From: Octopus sinensis
Lineage: Eukaryota
Assembly: GCF_006345805.1 (NCBI RefSeq)
Contig: NC_043019.1
Coordinates: forward strand, 1,178,001 to 1,242,000
Direction of reading: 5' to 3'
DNA: 64,000 nucleotides
The notes beneath the pieces were generated by a model that was not told the DNA's origin, ran no database searches, and saw only the letters and a program-made list of their open reading frames with translations. Positions 13,421-23,864 of this stretch are shown piece after piece. How positions within the stretch are numbered: the first letter of the stretch is position 1; every line of letters starts with the position of its first letter. The position numbers and the translations under genes were made by a program.

Positions 13421-13716
13421 GATAGCCTGGGCTTCAGAGGTCCACAGCTCTTCAATATCCTCCCGAAGGACCTGAAAGATCTGCATGGGGTGGATGCAGA
13501 TGTCTTCAAAATAAAGCTGGACCTCTTCCTGTCAGGTGTCCCAGATGAACCAACTTCACGGCAATAGGTGCAGATGAGGGCAGCTGCATCAAACTCTCTA
13601 ATGCACCAAATGTCAATTGCTAAAAAAACATTCGTGAAGTAAAATCATGTAGCAACACCGAATGGCAGTGCCCCAGAATGGTCACAGCTCGTGAGCTGAA
13701 ACTAGATGAAATGAAA
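13421..13716 (+). mobile_element. CR1/L2-like LINE 3' end
   Basis: DSLGFRGPQLFNILPKDLKDLHGVDADVFKIKLDLFLSGVPDEPTSRQ*VQMRAAASNSL, then a 3' UTR ending ggcagtgccccagaatggtcacagc...tgaaactagatgaaatgaaa. Confidence 0.85.
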
Positions 13717-13747
13717 AAATGATGATGTTATTGATATAACATGTAAC

Positions 13748-13950
13748 CCGGTGAACTGGTAGAATCGTTAGTACGCAGAACGAGATGCTTAGACGTATCT
13801 CGCTCGTAGCTACTTTGTGAATTCAAATCCCGCCTAGGTCGATTTCGCCTTTCGTCTTTTCAGGGTCAATAAGATAATTTCCAGTTAAACACTGGAGTCG
13901 ATGCAATCCACTCATCTCCCACATCCCCGAATCTTCCCTTGTGGCTAAAA
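13748..13950 (+). mobile_element. SINE type A, diverged
   Basis: gaactggtagaatcgttagtacg...gaattcaaatccc...gatttcgcctttcgtcttttcagggtcaat. Confidence 0.75.
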
Positions 13951-14394
13951 TTTGAAATAATCATTGATATAGAATTTAATATCTTTTAAATATGGAGCGG
14001 CAACAAGTTTTGCTGTTGCTTGAAAAAGACATCACACGTGTTTTGTTTATATATGTAGTGACCATTTATTTGTTGGCTCACCAAAATTGCAATTAAAGTT
14101 GCAATTAACTAAAATATCCATCACATGAAATCATGGCCAGATACTGATATGATAATACAAACCGCGATTTGATAAATGTTCCGCAGGAATTGAATTGAAA
14201 GTCCAATCATATTTCGCGTAACATATTTTAAGCCGCAATTTCTGTATGTGTACTGCAGCCCACTTTTCTCCATAAATTGGTGGGACAAACATTTCGCAAG
14301 TAGAGAGGCGACAGCTGACAAACCACCAAAGTCATATAACCATGATGGGCTAAGCCGAATTACACACACACAAATATATATATATATATATATA

Positions 14395-14480
14395 TACTCT
14401 TTACGCTTTTACTCTTTTACCTGTTCCAGCCATTTGACTGCGGCCATGCTGGAGCACCGCCTTTAGTCGAGCAAATCTAC
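14395..14480 (-). mobile_element. SINE type D tail, truncated by the H2 array
   Basis: ttttactcttttacctgttccagccatttgactgcggccatgctggagcaccgcctttagtcgagcaaatc. Confidence 0.85.
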
Positions 14481-14940
14481 CCCCAAACTTTTGTGAGTTG
14501 AATTAAGCAAACACTATATATGAGAGAGATTTTCTTTAAGTATTAGAAATAGCTTTAAAAAAGTTTTTTAGCTGCTATTTCTAATGAGTTCAGTATGCGG
14601 CAAAGTAATTTATTTTACTAAGCCCTTTTATATAATGTAATAATTTGAATTCGCCTTGAATGGTCCCTTTGCATACTGAATACTTGGTGAAATTGATTAA
14701 TAATTAATTAATTTTGCCCTCAATTGTTGAAATTATAATTAATCTCCCTCTGATTAATGCTTCGGATTTTACCGAAATAAGCATAGTGTTTGATGATTTT
14801 AACCCACGCTGGTGGAAAGGGGAGAACAGAGATTCTTCGCTTGCTTATTTTTGAATTTGTTGGCACTGTTAGTTACGAGCAGATCTTCGAAAGGGTATGT
14901 TCTTATTTTCAGTGTTTCCAAATCCAAACCAAGGAATTTC

Positions 14941-14993
14941 TGAGCTGATGATAGAAGTGTTGTTTTTGACTAATCTTGAAACGTACGTTCTCA
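14941..14993 (+). ncRNA. Type I hammerhead ribozyme motif (H2)
   Basis: Stem I UGAG/CUCA, core CUGAUGA, bulged stem II (AGA..AGU/ACU..UCU), GAAA, palindromic stem III ACGUACGU, cleavage triplet GUU. Confidence 0.75.
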
Positions 14994-15485
14994 AATAACC
15001 TTAGCATTTGATTTTTCGATGTCCTTACCCCCAAACTTTTGTGAGTTGAATTAAGCAAACACTATATATGAGAGAGATTTTCTTTAAGTATTAGAAATAG
15101 CTTTAAAAAAGTTTTTTAGCTGCTATTTCTAATGAGTTCAGTATGCGGCAAAGTAATTTATTTTACTAAGCCCTTTTATATAATGTAATAATTTGAATTC
15201 GCCTTGAATGGTCCCTTTGCATACTGAATACTTGGTGAAATTGATTAATAATAATTAATTTTGCCCTCAATTGTTGAAATTATATTAATCTCCCTCTGAT
15301 TAATGCTTCGGATTTTACCGAAATAAGCATAGTGTTTGATGATTTTAACCACGCTGGTGGAAAGGGGAGAACAGAGATTCTTCGCTTGCTTATTTTTGAA
15401 TTTGTTGGCACTGTTAGTTACGAGCAGATCTTCGAAAGGGTATGTTCTTATTTTCAGTGTTTCCAAATCCAAACCAAGGAATTTC

Positions 15486-15538
15486 TGAGCTGATGATAGA
15501 AGTGTTGTTTTTGACTAATCTTGAACCGTACGTTCTCA
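15486..15538 (+). ncRNA. HHR motif (H2), second unit, GAAA mutated to GAAC
   Basis: Same as 14941-14993 but reads gaaccgtacgttctca. Confidence 0.6.
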
Positions 15539-15721
15539 AATAACCTTAGCATTTGATTTTTCGATGTCCTTACCCCCAAACTTTTGTGAGTTGAATTAAG
15601 CAAACACTATATATGAGAGAGATTTTCTTTAAGTATTAGAAATAGCTTTAAAAAAGTTTTTTAGCTGCTATTTCTAATGAGTTCAGTATGCGGCAAAGTA
15701 ATTTATTTTACTAAGCCCTTT

Positions 15722-15768
<47 letters not shown>

Positions 15769-16549
15769 TACACACATTAAGTACAGGCCATCACCAGCTA
15801 GTGAACATTGCGTAAACACAGGAGATAAGTATAGGACAAAATACCAAAAGAAGTCTAACTCCACCTGTTTATTACTACCTGTTTATTATTTTCGCTGACA
15901 AGACAGAAAAACTTTATAAGACAGAAAGCTTTAAAATATACAATTGATGGAGAGTTAGGGCTTCGAACGCACAAACGAAACCAGAGTGGACGTACAGAGC
16001 ATACAATCGATGAAGGGCCGTCAGGTCAAGGAGCATTGCAATGGGTAATGCCAGGGAGAAAATTTCAAAGGATACAAAATAATGAGAAGAGACAAAAGTA
16101 GTACAAGAGAAGAAAATAGTAGGACAGAAAAAAATAGCAGAAGAGGGAAAAAATATCATTTTTATGTATTTATACAGAATTTTAGGAGAATGACAAATCT
16201 TTGCACCCTTCATCTCCTGGCTTATAATATCATGTGCACTTGTGTGTGCGGGTAATTTTTTCGGCTACTAACTTTCATTCTCAGGTCTTCTTTTTGCAGA
16301 GTGTGTTGTATATGGTGCAACATCAGTGTGCCATTAATTTGGAACATAACTAAATTCTTTGACCTGCACCGCCATACTTGCAGCTTTTAGTCATTTTGAT
16401 GATAATTGTTTTATAGTTACTCTAATGAGGTTTATAGGATTTCGCTTCCGTTAATTAAATTGTTAGCAATTAAAGCTCATAAAATATAAAAGCTACAAAA
16501 TATTACTCTCAGAAGCATTGAGATGTATGTATTCTGTTAATTATTGTAG

Positions 16550-18374
16550 AAAATGTCGATTGAATGATTTGTGACTGATTCTCAGTAGTATTCGTTTTAG
16601 ATTAATATGCGATAGTAAAGTTACTAAATTGAATTTAGAATTTAAATGTAGTGAACACTTACAATTTTGTATAACAAATGGGTGATGGTGGAATGTAAAG
16701 CTAGGGAATGTATGATAATAGCAGATTGGTTAATGCATAACAAAGAATTTTCTGCATTATTTTTTTCATCGCTCCACCTTGGGTTCAATTCACGCCGATG
16801 GATGTATTTCGTTTTTGGATACAACAATACATTGTCATACTCTCTCTCTCTCTCTCTCTCTCCTTCTCTGTCTCCTTCTCTTTTCTCCTCTTTTTCTCTC
16901 TCATTCTCTCTTTCTCTATATATCTCTATCTTCCATCCCGCTCTCCCTGGAAGAAGAAACTAAGATCCAGAAGGGAAAACGCTCCACCAGTTTTCGCCGC
17001 TCAATGCACGTTGTATATATCGTGAGCGCCTCTACGACTCAATGAAGATGGGGAGTACGAGGAAACGCATGCTTCTAGGAACTGGATTACGGATATTTTC
17101 AGCAAATCTCTTTGTTAGTATGGGTATAGATATAACCAAGATCTTGCACGAAATCCCAAGTATGCGCCTACTTAACGAAGCTGAAGAATTTCAATAATAT
17201 TTTTTAGAACAGACCACATAGTTTTTTTGGGCTAGTTTTAATGAGCATATTAAGACGCGAATTTCCAAATATCCCCATTTGCATAACATTTCTTTAGAAA
17301 GAGTGATTAGAGCAACGCACAGGGTGGCACTGTATCATTAATCTTGAATTCAGGCTCGTCTACGTGAATAGTATTATAATGAAGGTATTGTCAATTATAA
17401 ATCTATCACTGTTAGAATGCAATAGCAGATTATTCCGAAATAATTATGTACTCGAATACATTACTACGAGAAGATCGAAAACGTACAGATAAGAACAATA
17501 TGTAACCAGATAATTGGATAATTCCACTATTAGTCGAACGTGAGTTTATCAGTGACTCCGAATGTTACTGAAAGGTTAGGGATCGATAATGTAGATTACA
17601 ATGTCTTAGTAGTATATTTTCTTCTTAAGACAGCGATCTGGCAGTGACGTTAGCACGCCGGGTGAGATGCTTAGTGGTATTTCGTCTGCCGTTACGTTCT
17701 GAGTTCAAATTCCGCCAAGGTCGACTTTGCCATTCATCCTATCGAGTTCCACAAATTAAGCACCAGCTACGCATTGGGGTCGATATAATCAACTTAATCC
17801 GTTTGTCTGTCCTTGTTTGTCTCCTCTGTATTTATCCCCTCGTGGGTAGTAAAGAAATAGGCATTTCGTCTGCCGCTACGTTCTGAGTTCAAAAGTCCTG
17901 GGGTCGATTTCTTCGACTAAAGGCGGTGCTCCAGCATGGACGCAGTCAAATGACTAAAACAAGTAAAAGAATAAAAGAGAGTAAAGTGTATATATATATA
18001 TATATATATATATAAAGAGAGAATGCGAGAGGGAAAAAGGAAAAAAGAGAAGGAGACAGAGAGAGGATGATAATGTATTGTTGTATCCCAAAACGAAATA
18101 CACACATCGGCGTGAATTGAATCCAAGTTGAAGTGATGATAAATAATGCAGAAAATTATTCCTTATGCATTAACAAATCTATTATCATAAATTCCCTAGC
18201 TTTACATTCCACCATCAGCCACTTGTTATACTAAATTGTAAATGTTCACTACGTTTAAATTCTAAATTCAATTAAGTAACTTTACTATCACATATTAATC
18301 TAAAACGAATTTCTACTTTGTTGTTCCAGATAATACTACTGAGAATCAGTCACAAATCAATCAATCGACATTTT
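16550..18374. repeat. Long inverted repeat (arms about 16550-16922 and 18010-18374)
   Basis: The right arm is the reverse complement of the left with scattered substitutions and one indel of about 24 bp. Confidence 0.88.
17630..17985 (+). mobile_element. Chimeric SINE: type A, internal re-entry, then type D tail
   Basis: A body to aaagaaatagg, re-entry at catttcgtctgccgctacg, then gtcctggggtcgatttcttcgactaaaggcggtgctccagcatgg...aagtaaaaga. Confidence 0.85.
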
Positions 18375-18379
18375 ATATA

Positions 18380-18456
<77 letters not shown>

Positions 18457-18462
<6 letters not shown>

Positions 18463-18654
18463 TATATAGAAGGAGCTTCTACAGGACTCGAACTGTTTCA
18501 TTCAAGAGAAATCTTCAGGAAGCTTCCTGAAGATTTCTCTTGAATGAAACAGTTCGAGTCCTGTAGAAGCTCCTTCTATATAATAAATTAATTTTACTCT
18601 ACTATGTATTGAGTACCTTATTTACTGTGGTTAACCCCGAATCAACCCGGGACC

Positions 18655-18658
<4 letters not shown>
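18457..18658 (+). mobile_element. H3-family element: perfect 132-bp palindrome plus 3' segment
   Basis: 18457-18588 is a perfect palindrome centred on aag|ctt (18522/18523). It continues to gggacctaca, with TA tracts on both sides. Confidence 0.92.
18521..18571 (+). ncRNA. Type I HHR motif (H3); mirror copy on the minus strand at 18474-18524
   Basis: Stem I AGCUUC/GAAGCU, core CUGAAGA, stem II U.UUC-UCUU-GAA.U, GAAA, stem III ACAG/CUGU, triplet GUA. Confidence 0.7.
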
Positions 18659-18693
<35 letters not shown>

Positions 18694-18698
<5 letters not shown>

Positions 18699-18950
18699 AT
18701 CCAAACAAGAAAACACAAAAAAACACAACGACGTATATATATGTGTAAAGTGAATCCAAACAAGAAAGTACAAAAAAAAACACAACCACGCGAGGAAGTG
18801 GAACAAATAAAGTATTATTGGACATTCAGGAAAGAAGGAGGGTTTAACGTTTCGAGCGGACCTCTTCGTCGGAAACATAGGAGAAGGAAAGATCCAGAGA
18901 AGGGAAGACAGAGGAAAGAAAAATCGCCAACGGTATACACGCGGTCACAT
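18694..18950 (-). mobile_element. H6-family element with HHR variant at 18842-18876
   Basis: Minus strand reads GUUU CCGACGA A GAG GUCC GCUC GAAA CGUU AAAC. Homolog of 2110-2290. Confidence 0.75.
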
Positions 18951-18954
18951 TTTG

Positions 18955-19005
<51 letters not shown>

Positions 19006-19959
19006 TACACACGTACATACATATTAATGCATATACACATACCTCACGGGTTTACCAAGCAAATAAGTGTGAAAACCATACAGCCTCTAACTGCTCCCTA
19101 TGGAAGTGTATTAGTTTTTAGTGTCTCCTTGTATATCTTATGTAAAAATGTTAAGCTAAAATTTAAAAAAGCGCATCTAGCACAAAAACCAAGAAGGTAT
19201 ATGCATGTATGTATGTTTGTATATATGTATATTTATATATATGTATGTATATCTATATGTATATATTTATATATGTTTGTATATGTATGTATAGGCATAC
19301 GTATTATCTGTGTGTGTGTGTGTGTGTCCCTATGTGTGTGGTTACGTTCTTCGATATTCTATGCGTTTGTTTGGCAGCAATCTGTCTGTCTTCACTGCAT
19401 CTTATGGCTTAATGACGAACATTCATGTGTACTCATTACATTAGGCTTAAGGCGCTCTAGATAATTAGATAGAACACACAAGTAGTCTCCCTTACTCTCC
19501 CTCTCTTTCTCTCATTCCTTCTTTCTTAAACTTCCTTCCCTCATCTCTCCCACTGAGCCACATATGATCATATGTATGTATATAAGGAAAGCGCTCGCAA
19601 AGAATACATAGACTTCCTACCAAAAGGTTTGCGTCATTCTCTTTTTCTGTGATTATTTTAAATAGTTCATATTCAATTTCAGAAAATCTCTCGCTCTCCA
19701 TTGTTCTCCTCTTCTCTCTCTCTCTATATATATATTTCCACTCCACATATATGTATATATGTATGTATATGTGTGTATGTGTGTATATAAAAAAAATTAC
19801 ATGACAAATGTAAATAGACAGGAAATAAGACATCGTTTAATTTGTAAAGGTTTATATTTTTATTAATCGACATTTTTATGTTTCAGGTGCTACATGTGAC
19901 TGTTTAAATATACTACGAGGTGCAACCGTCTGAATTCCAAAGAGGCTGTATTTTGAATC

Positions 19960-20270
19960 AATCTGAAGGTGAGCTTAGCATAAAATCACAGAAATCCTTG
20001 TGATCCAGCTGTCTACAGTTAACAGAGACATTGTGCAATTCATGAGTGAGGGTAAGGTGTCCACATAACGTCACCCAAGTCGACCAAATTTCTCTGACAC
20101 GACCCTTGGCTTTATGAAGAGAGGTTTCGAGGATAATCCGCATTGCAAGACCTCTGACATGACGGAACATGTTGACGTCAGTCCGAAAATGGCTGTCACA
20201 TATCTCTACAAACTTGACTACTATGGCAGAGCTGGTATCAAGCCAGTGAGACGATGGAGGGGCCACTAGC
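19960..20270 (+). mobile_element. Tc1-family transposase N-terminal (HTH) relic
   Basis: IQLSTVNRDIVQFMSEGKVST*RHPSRPNFSDTTLGFMKRGFEDNPHCKTSDMTEHVDVSPKMAVTYLYKLDYYGRAGIKP matches the Tc1 pattern ending LGYYGRAARRKP. Confidence 0.75.
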
Positions 20271-20589
20271 ATTTTGGCACATTGTCATATTTTCCGATAG
20301 ATTTCCGATCGAAATATATACGTTGGGACCCCAGCTATCGGTTAATTAGCATATTAGGGCTTGCCTACTTCGGTTTCTGTGGAAGAAACAATCATGGTTA
20401 ATAGAATGGGAAAGGCGCGTGCAGCCGCGCCTTGTGCGATGCAGCGAGCAAGATAAGGCAAATAGGACATCTTGATCGTGCATTTAATCCGTCCCCATCC
20501 CAGGTCATCCTGATTTAATCTTCCATTGGAATGAAGGTGATCGCGCACAAGAGAATGATGCTGACTGATCTCACTTTAGACAATCTGAG

Positions 20590-20930
20590 ACCCCCTTCGG
20601 TCACGACACAGACCATGGGATTGCACCTAGAAAGTTACCCTCCCAGGCAAGGTCCGAGCAAGGTTGTTTTATGGAAGACCAGCTGTCGCCCATGCATACC
20701 AGCCTCCTCTCTCTCCACATCACTGATGTTATCCAAAGGAAAGGCAATGGGGCCGATACAGTTTGGCACCATTGACGTCGCAACTCATTTGTACAGCTGA
20801 GTGAACTTGAACAACGTGAAATAAAGTGTCTTGCTCAAGACCACAACACGCAACCTGGTCCGGGATTCGAGCTCACAACCTCACGATCGTAAGCTCGACG
20901 CTGTTACCACTGAGCCATGCGCCTTCACTT
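20590..20930 (-). mobile_element. SINE type B (tail ii)
   Basis: aaataaagtgtcttgctcaag...gggattcgagctcacaacc...accactgagccatgcgccttcac. Confidence 0.9.
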
Positions 20931-21030
20931 TAGACAATCACTGCGCAAGTTATTAATCATCCTTAAGGATGTCTAGGTTGTCATCGTCTCCCCGACGGAA
21001 GATGTAATGCGAACTTGTATAACGTGTGCC

Positions 21031-21426
21031 AATGCAGCGAGCTGGCAGAAACGTTTGCACGCCGGACGAAATGCGTAGCCGTATTTCGTCTGCCGTAACG
21101 TTCTGAGTTCAAATTCCGCCGAGGTCGACTTTGCCTTTCATCCTTTTGGGGTCGATAAATTAAGTACCAGTTACGCACTGGGGTCGATGTAATCGACTTA
21201 ATCTCCTTGTCTGTCCTCTCTGTGTTTAGCCCCTTGTGGGTAGTAAAGAAATAGGTATTTCGTCTGTCTTTACGTTCTGAGTCCAAATTCCGCCATGGTC
21301 CTTTGCCCTTCATCCTTTCGGGGTTGATAAATTAAGTACCAGTTACGCACTGGGGCTGATGTAATTGGCTTAATCTCCTTGTCTGTCCTCTCTGTATTTA
21401 GCCCCTTGTGGGTAGTAAAGAAATAG
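21031..21426 (+). mobile_element. SINE type A partial dimer with 14-bp TSD
   Basis: TSD gtataacgtgtgcc at 21017-21030 and 21427-21440. Internal re-entry at gtatttcgtc. Confidence 0.93.
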
Positions 21427-21754
21427 GTATAACGTGTGCCGAACCGGAGCTCGTTATTAAATTGTTTTCTATTTCAAGGTTGATTTCTCGTGAATTTCTT
21501 TAATATTTTGTTGAAATAACTATTTAATGTTACTTATTTCCTAATGTCTATTTATTATTTTCATTAATTCGATGGTAAACAACCACCCGTCCGGACGCCC
21601 GACACCGTTGTTTATTTCTTGTTTTCTTTTGTATTTCGTCTTTGAACTATATCCTACGTCTTGAGACCAATAAAAGCAATCGTTCATATTATTTTAGATG
21701 ATGCTGTTCCTGTTTTTGTTACTTTTTACATCATTAGTGTTATTGATGATTCTA

Positions 21755-21893
21755 TCATCATCATCGTCAGCATCATCATCATCATCATCATTATTATTAT
21801 TATCATTATTATTATTATTATTGTTATTATTATTATTATTATTATTATATTATTATTATTATTATTGTTATTTTTATTATATTATTATTATTA

Positions 21894-21928
<35 letters not shown>

Positions 21929-22185
21929 GTTATTATCATTATTATTATTATCATCATTATTATTATTATCATTATTATTATTATCATCATTATTATTATT
22001 ATCATTGTTATTATTATCATCATTATTATCATTATTATTATTATTGTTATTATTATTATTATCGTTATTATTATTATTATTATTATCATCATTATTATTA
22101 TTATTATTGTTATTATTATCATCATCATTATTATTGTTATCATTGTTATTATTATTATCATTATTATTATTAATAATATCATTAT
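21755..22185. repeat. (ATT/ATC)n microsatellite
   Basis: Directly visible. Source of the poly-I/L/Y ORFs. Confidence 0.98.
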
Positions 22186-22457
22186 AGTCGCAATTGAATA
22201 AAACTTACACTATAATTTTTAAATCGCTTGTTATTTCTTTCTTTCATATTATATTTATAATTTCACCGCTAGGGATAATTCAATTTTGCTTTAAGAGGAT
22301 AATTCAGTTATTGTTAGCAACATCATTATTCCTAAACAGTAAATTTGTGAAAAAACACAGTGTGAGAGCAAGAAAGTGTGAAAGACAGAGTCGGGGAAAT
22401 TAAAGAGAGAGAGAATGAGAGACCGAGTAGGAGAGAGAATGTGAGCGTGTTTGTGTG

Positions 22458-22511
<54 letters not shown>

Positions 22512-22933
22512 GGGGAGAGAAAGAGAGAGAAGAGAGAGATAGAGAAGGTTAGTTCTGACTAGACACGTTGAAATGTTTTTCAAATGGAAATGACAATCTC
22601 CTGTCACAAGCATTTCCATGACAAATTGGTCAGAAAACCATCGCATTAATTATACTCGTGAAAAATTCGAATCATATTTCTGTGTGTCCTTGGCTACAAA
22701 TTGATAATCGCTCCAACTAACAAGGGACTATCGCATCTACCAAGTCAATCAACATACTAGAAATAACAGCAAAATCTCTCTCAAATCTTACTCTACCGTT
22801 TTATTTTTTTTTGGGGGGTGGGTGAAGTCAAGCGCATGCATTCATGTAGATCTAGATATGCTGTGCTCCTAAATAATGGCGAGAATAGCCTACATCATAT
22901 TTACGATTATCATGACGTGGGATTAAGCATGAC

Positions 22934-23318
22934 GTGGAGGCGCAATGGCCCAGTGGTTAGGGCAGCGGACTCGCGGTCATAGGATCGCGGTTTCGATTCC
23001 CAGACCGGGTGTTGTGAGTGTTTATTGAGCGAAACACCTAAAAGCTCCACGAGGCTCCGGCAGGGGATGGTGGTGATCCCTGCTGTACTCTTTCACCACA
23101 ACTTTATCTCACTCTTACTTCCTGTTTCTCTTGTATCTGTATTTCAAAGGGCCGGCCTTGTCACTCTCTGTGTCACGCTGAATATCCCCGAGAACTACGT
23201 TAAGGGTACACGTGTCTGTGGAGTGCTCAGCCACTTACACGTTAATTTCACGAGCAGGCTGTTCCGTTGATTCGGATCAACCGGAACCCTCGTCGTCGTA
23301 ACCGACGGAGTGCTTCAG
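22934..23318 (+). mobile_element. SINE type C, full length (tail i)
   Basis: A-box tggcccagtgg, B-box ggtttcgattcc, and tail to cgtaaccgacggagtg. Confidence 0.93.
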
Positions 23319-23864
23319 GCATCTACACGAATCTTTAATCATTTACTTCTTTCAGTCACTGAACATAGCCTTGCTGGAGCACAACCATGACGGTCTTTTA
23401 GTCAATCAAACCGATCATAGTACTTATTTATGTCTTTCAGAATGCTATGTTTTGTATCGTTCTCTTTTGCCAAAATCGCTGTGAGACAGACGTAAATAAA
23501 TTATCAAATTATATAAATTGTCAAGCGGCGGTGAGGAAGAAACACAAACAAGGTAATACATAGCTATATACATAAATAAGCAATCTCTCTCTCTCTCTCT
23601 CTCTCTCTGCCGTACAGACGAACGCGCAAAAACGCGCACGCACGCAGACACATATTCATAAACCCCGAAATAAAAAAAAAAACACACGTAAACGAGGAAT
23701 TCTCCCAGTTTCTTTTTTTACCAAATTTATGCTCCAGAAACTGATCTGTCCACGGAGCAACGGTGAACCAATGTGTCACGCGATGATGCTGAACTTGTGG
23801 CCACCTGGTTGGGAAGCAAACTTTTGTTCCAGAGACCGACACCTGCGCCTCTGTAAGATATATA

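Larger units (their letters stand above)
14480..15728 (+). mobile_element. H2-family tandem array (about 2.3 units of 548/545 bp) with type I HHR
   Basis: The unit start aaacttttgtgagttg recurs at 14485, 15033 and 15578. Units are near-identical, and the array ends in a TA tract. Confidence 0.92.

Noticed and set aside
14480-15728. Repeat array as CRISPR or simple satellite
   Set aside because: Eukaryotic context, no repeat-spacer structure, and a dispersed permuted copy exists at 62.7 kb.
19887-19968. 82-nt segment with good splice sites
   Set aside because: Stops in all three frames and it overlaps the Tc1 relic. At most a non-coding exon.
22934-23010. tRNA genes at SINE heads (also 24240, 43370, 58460, 61745)
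   Set aside because: A and B boxes are present but there is no complete cloverleaf, and each continues into a SINE body.
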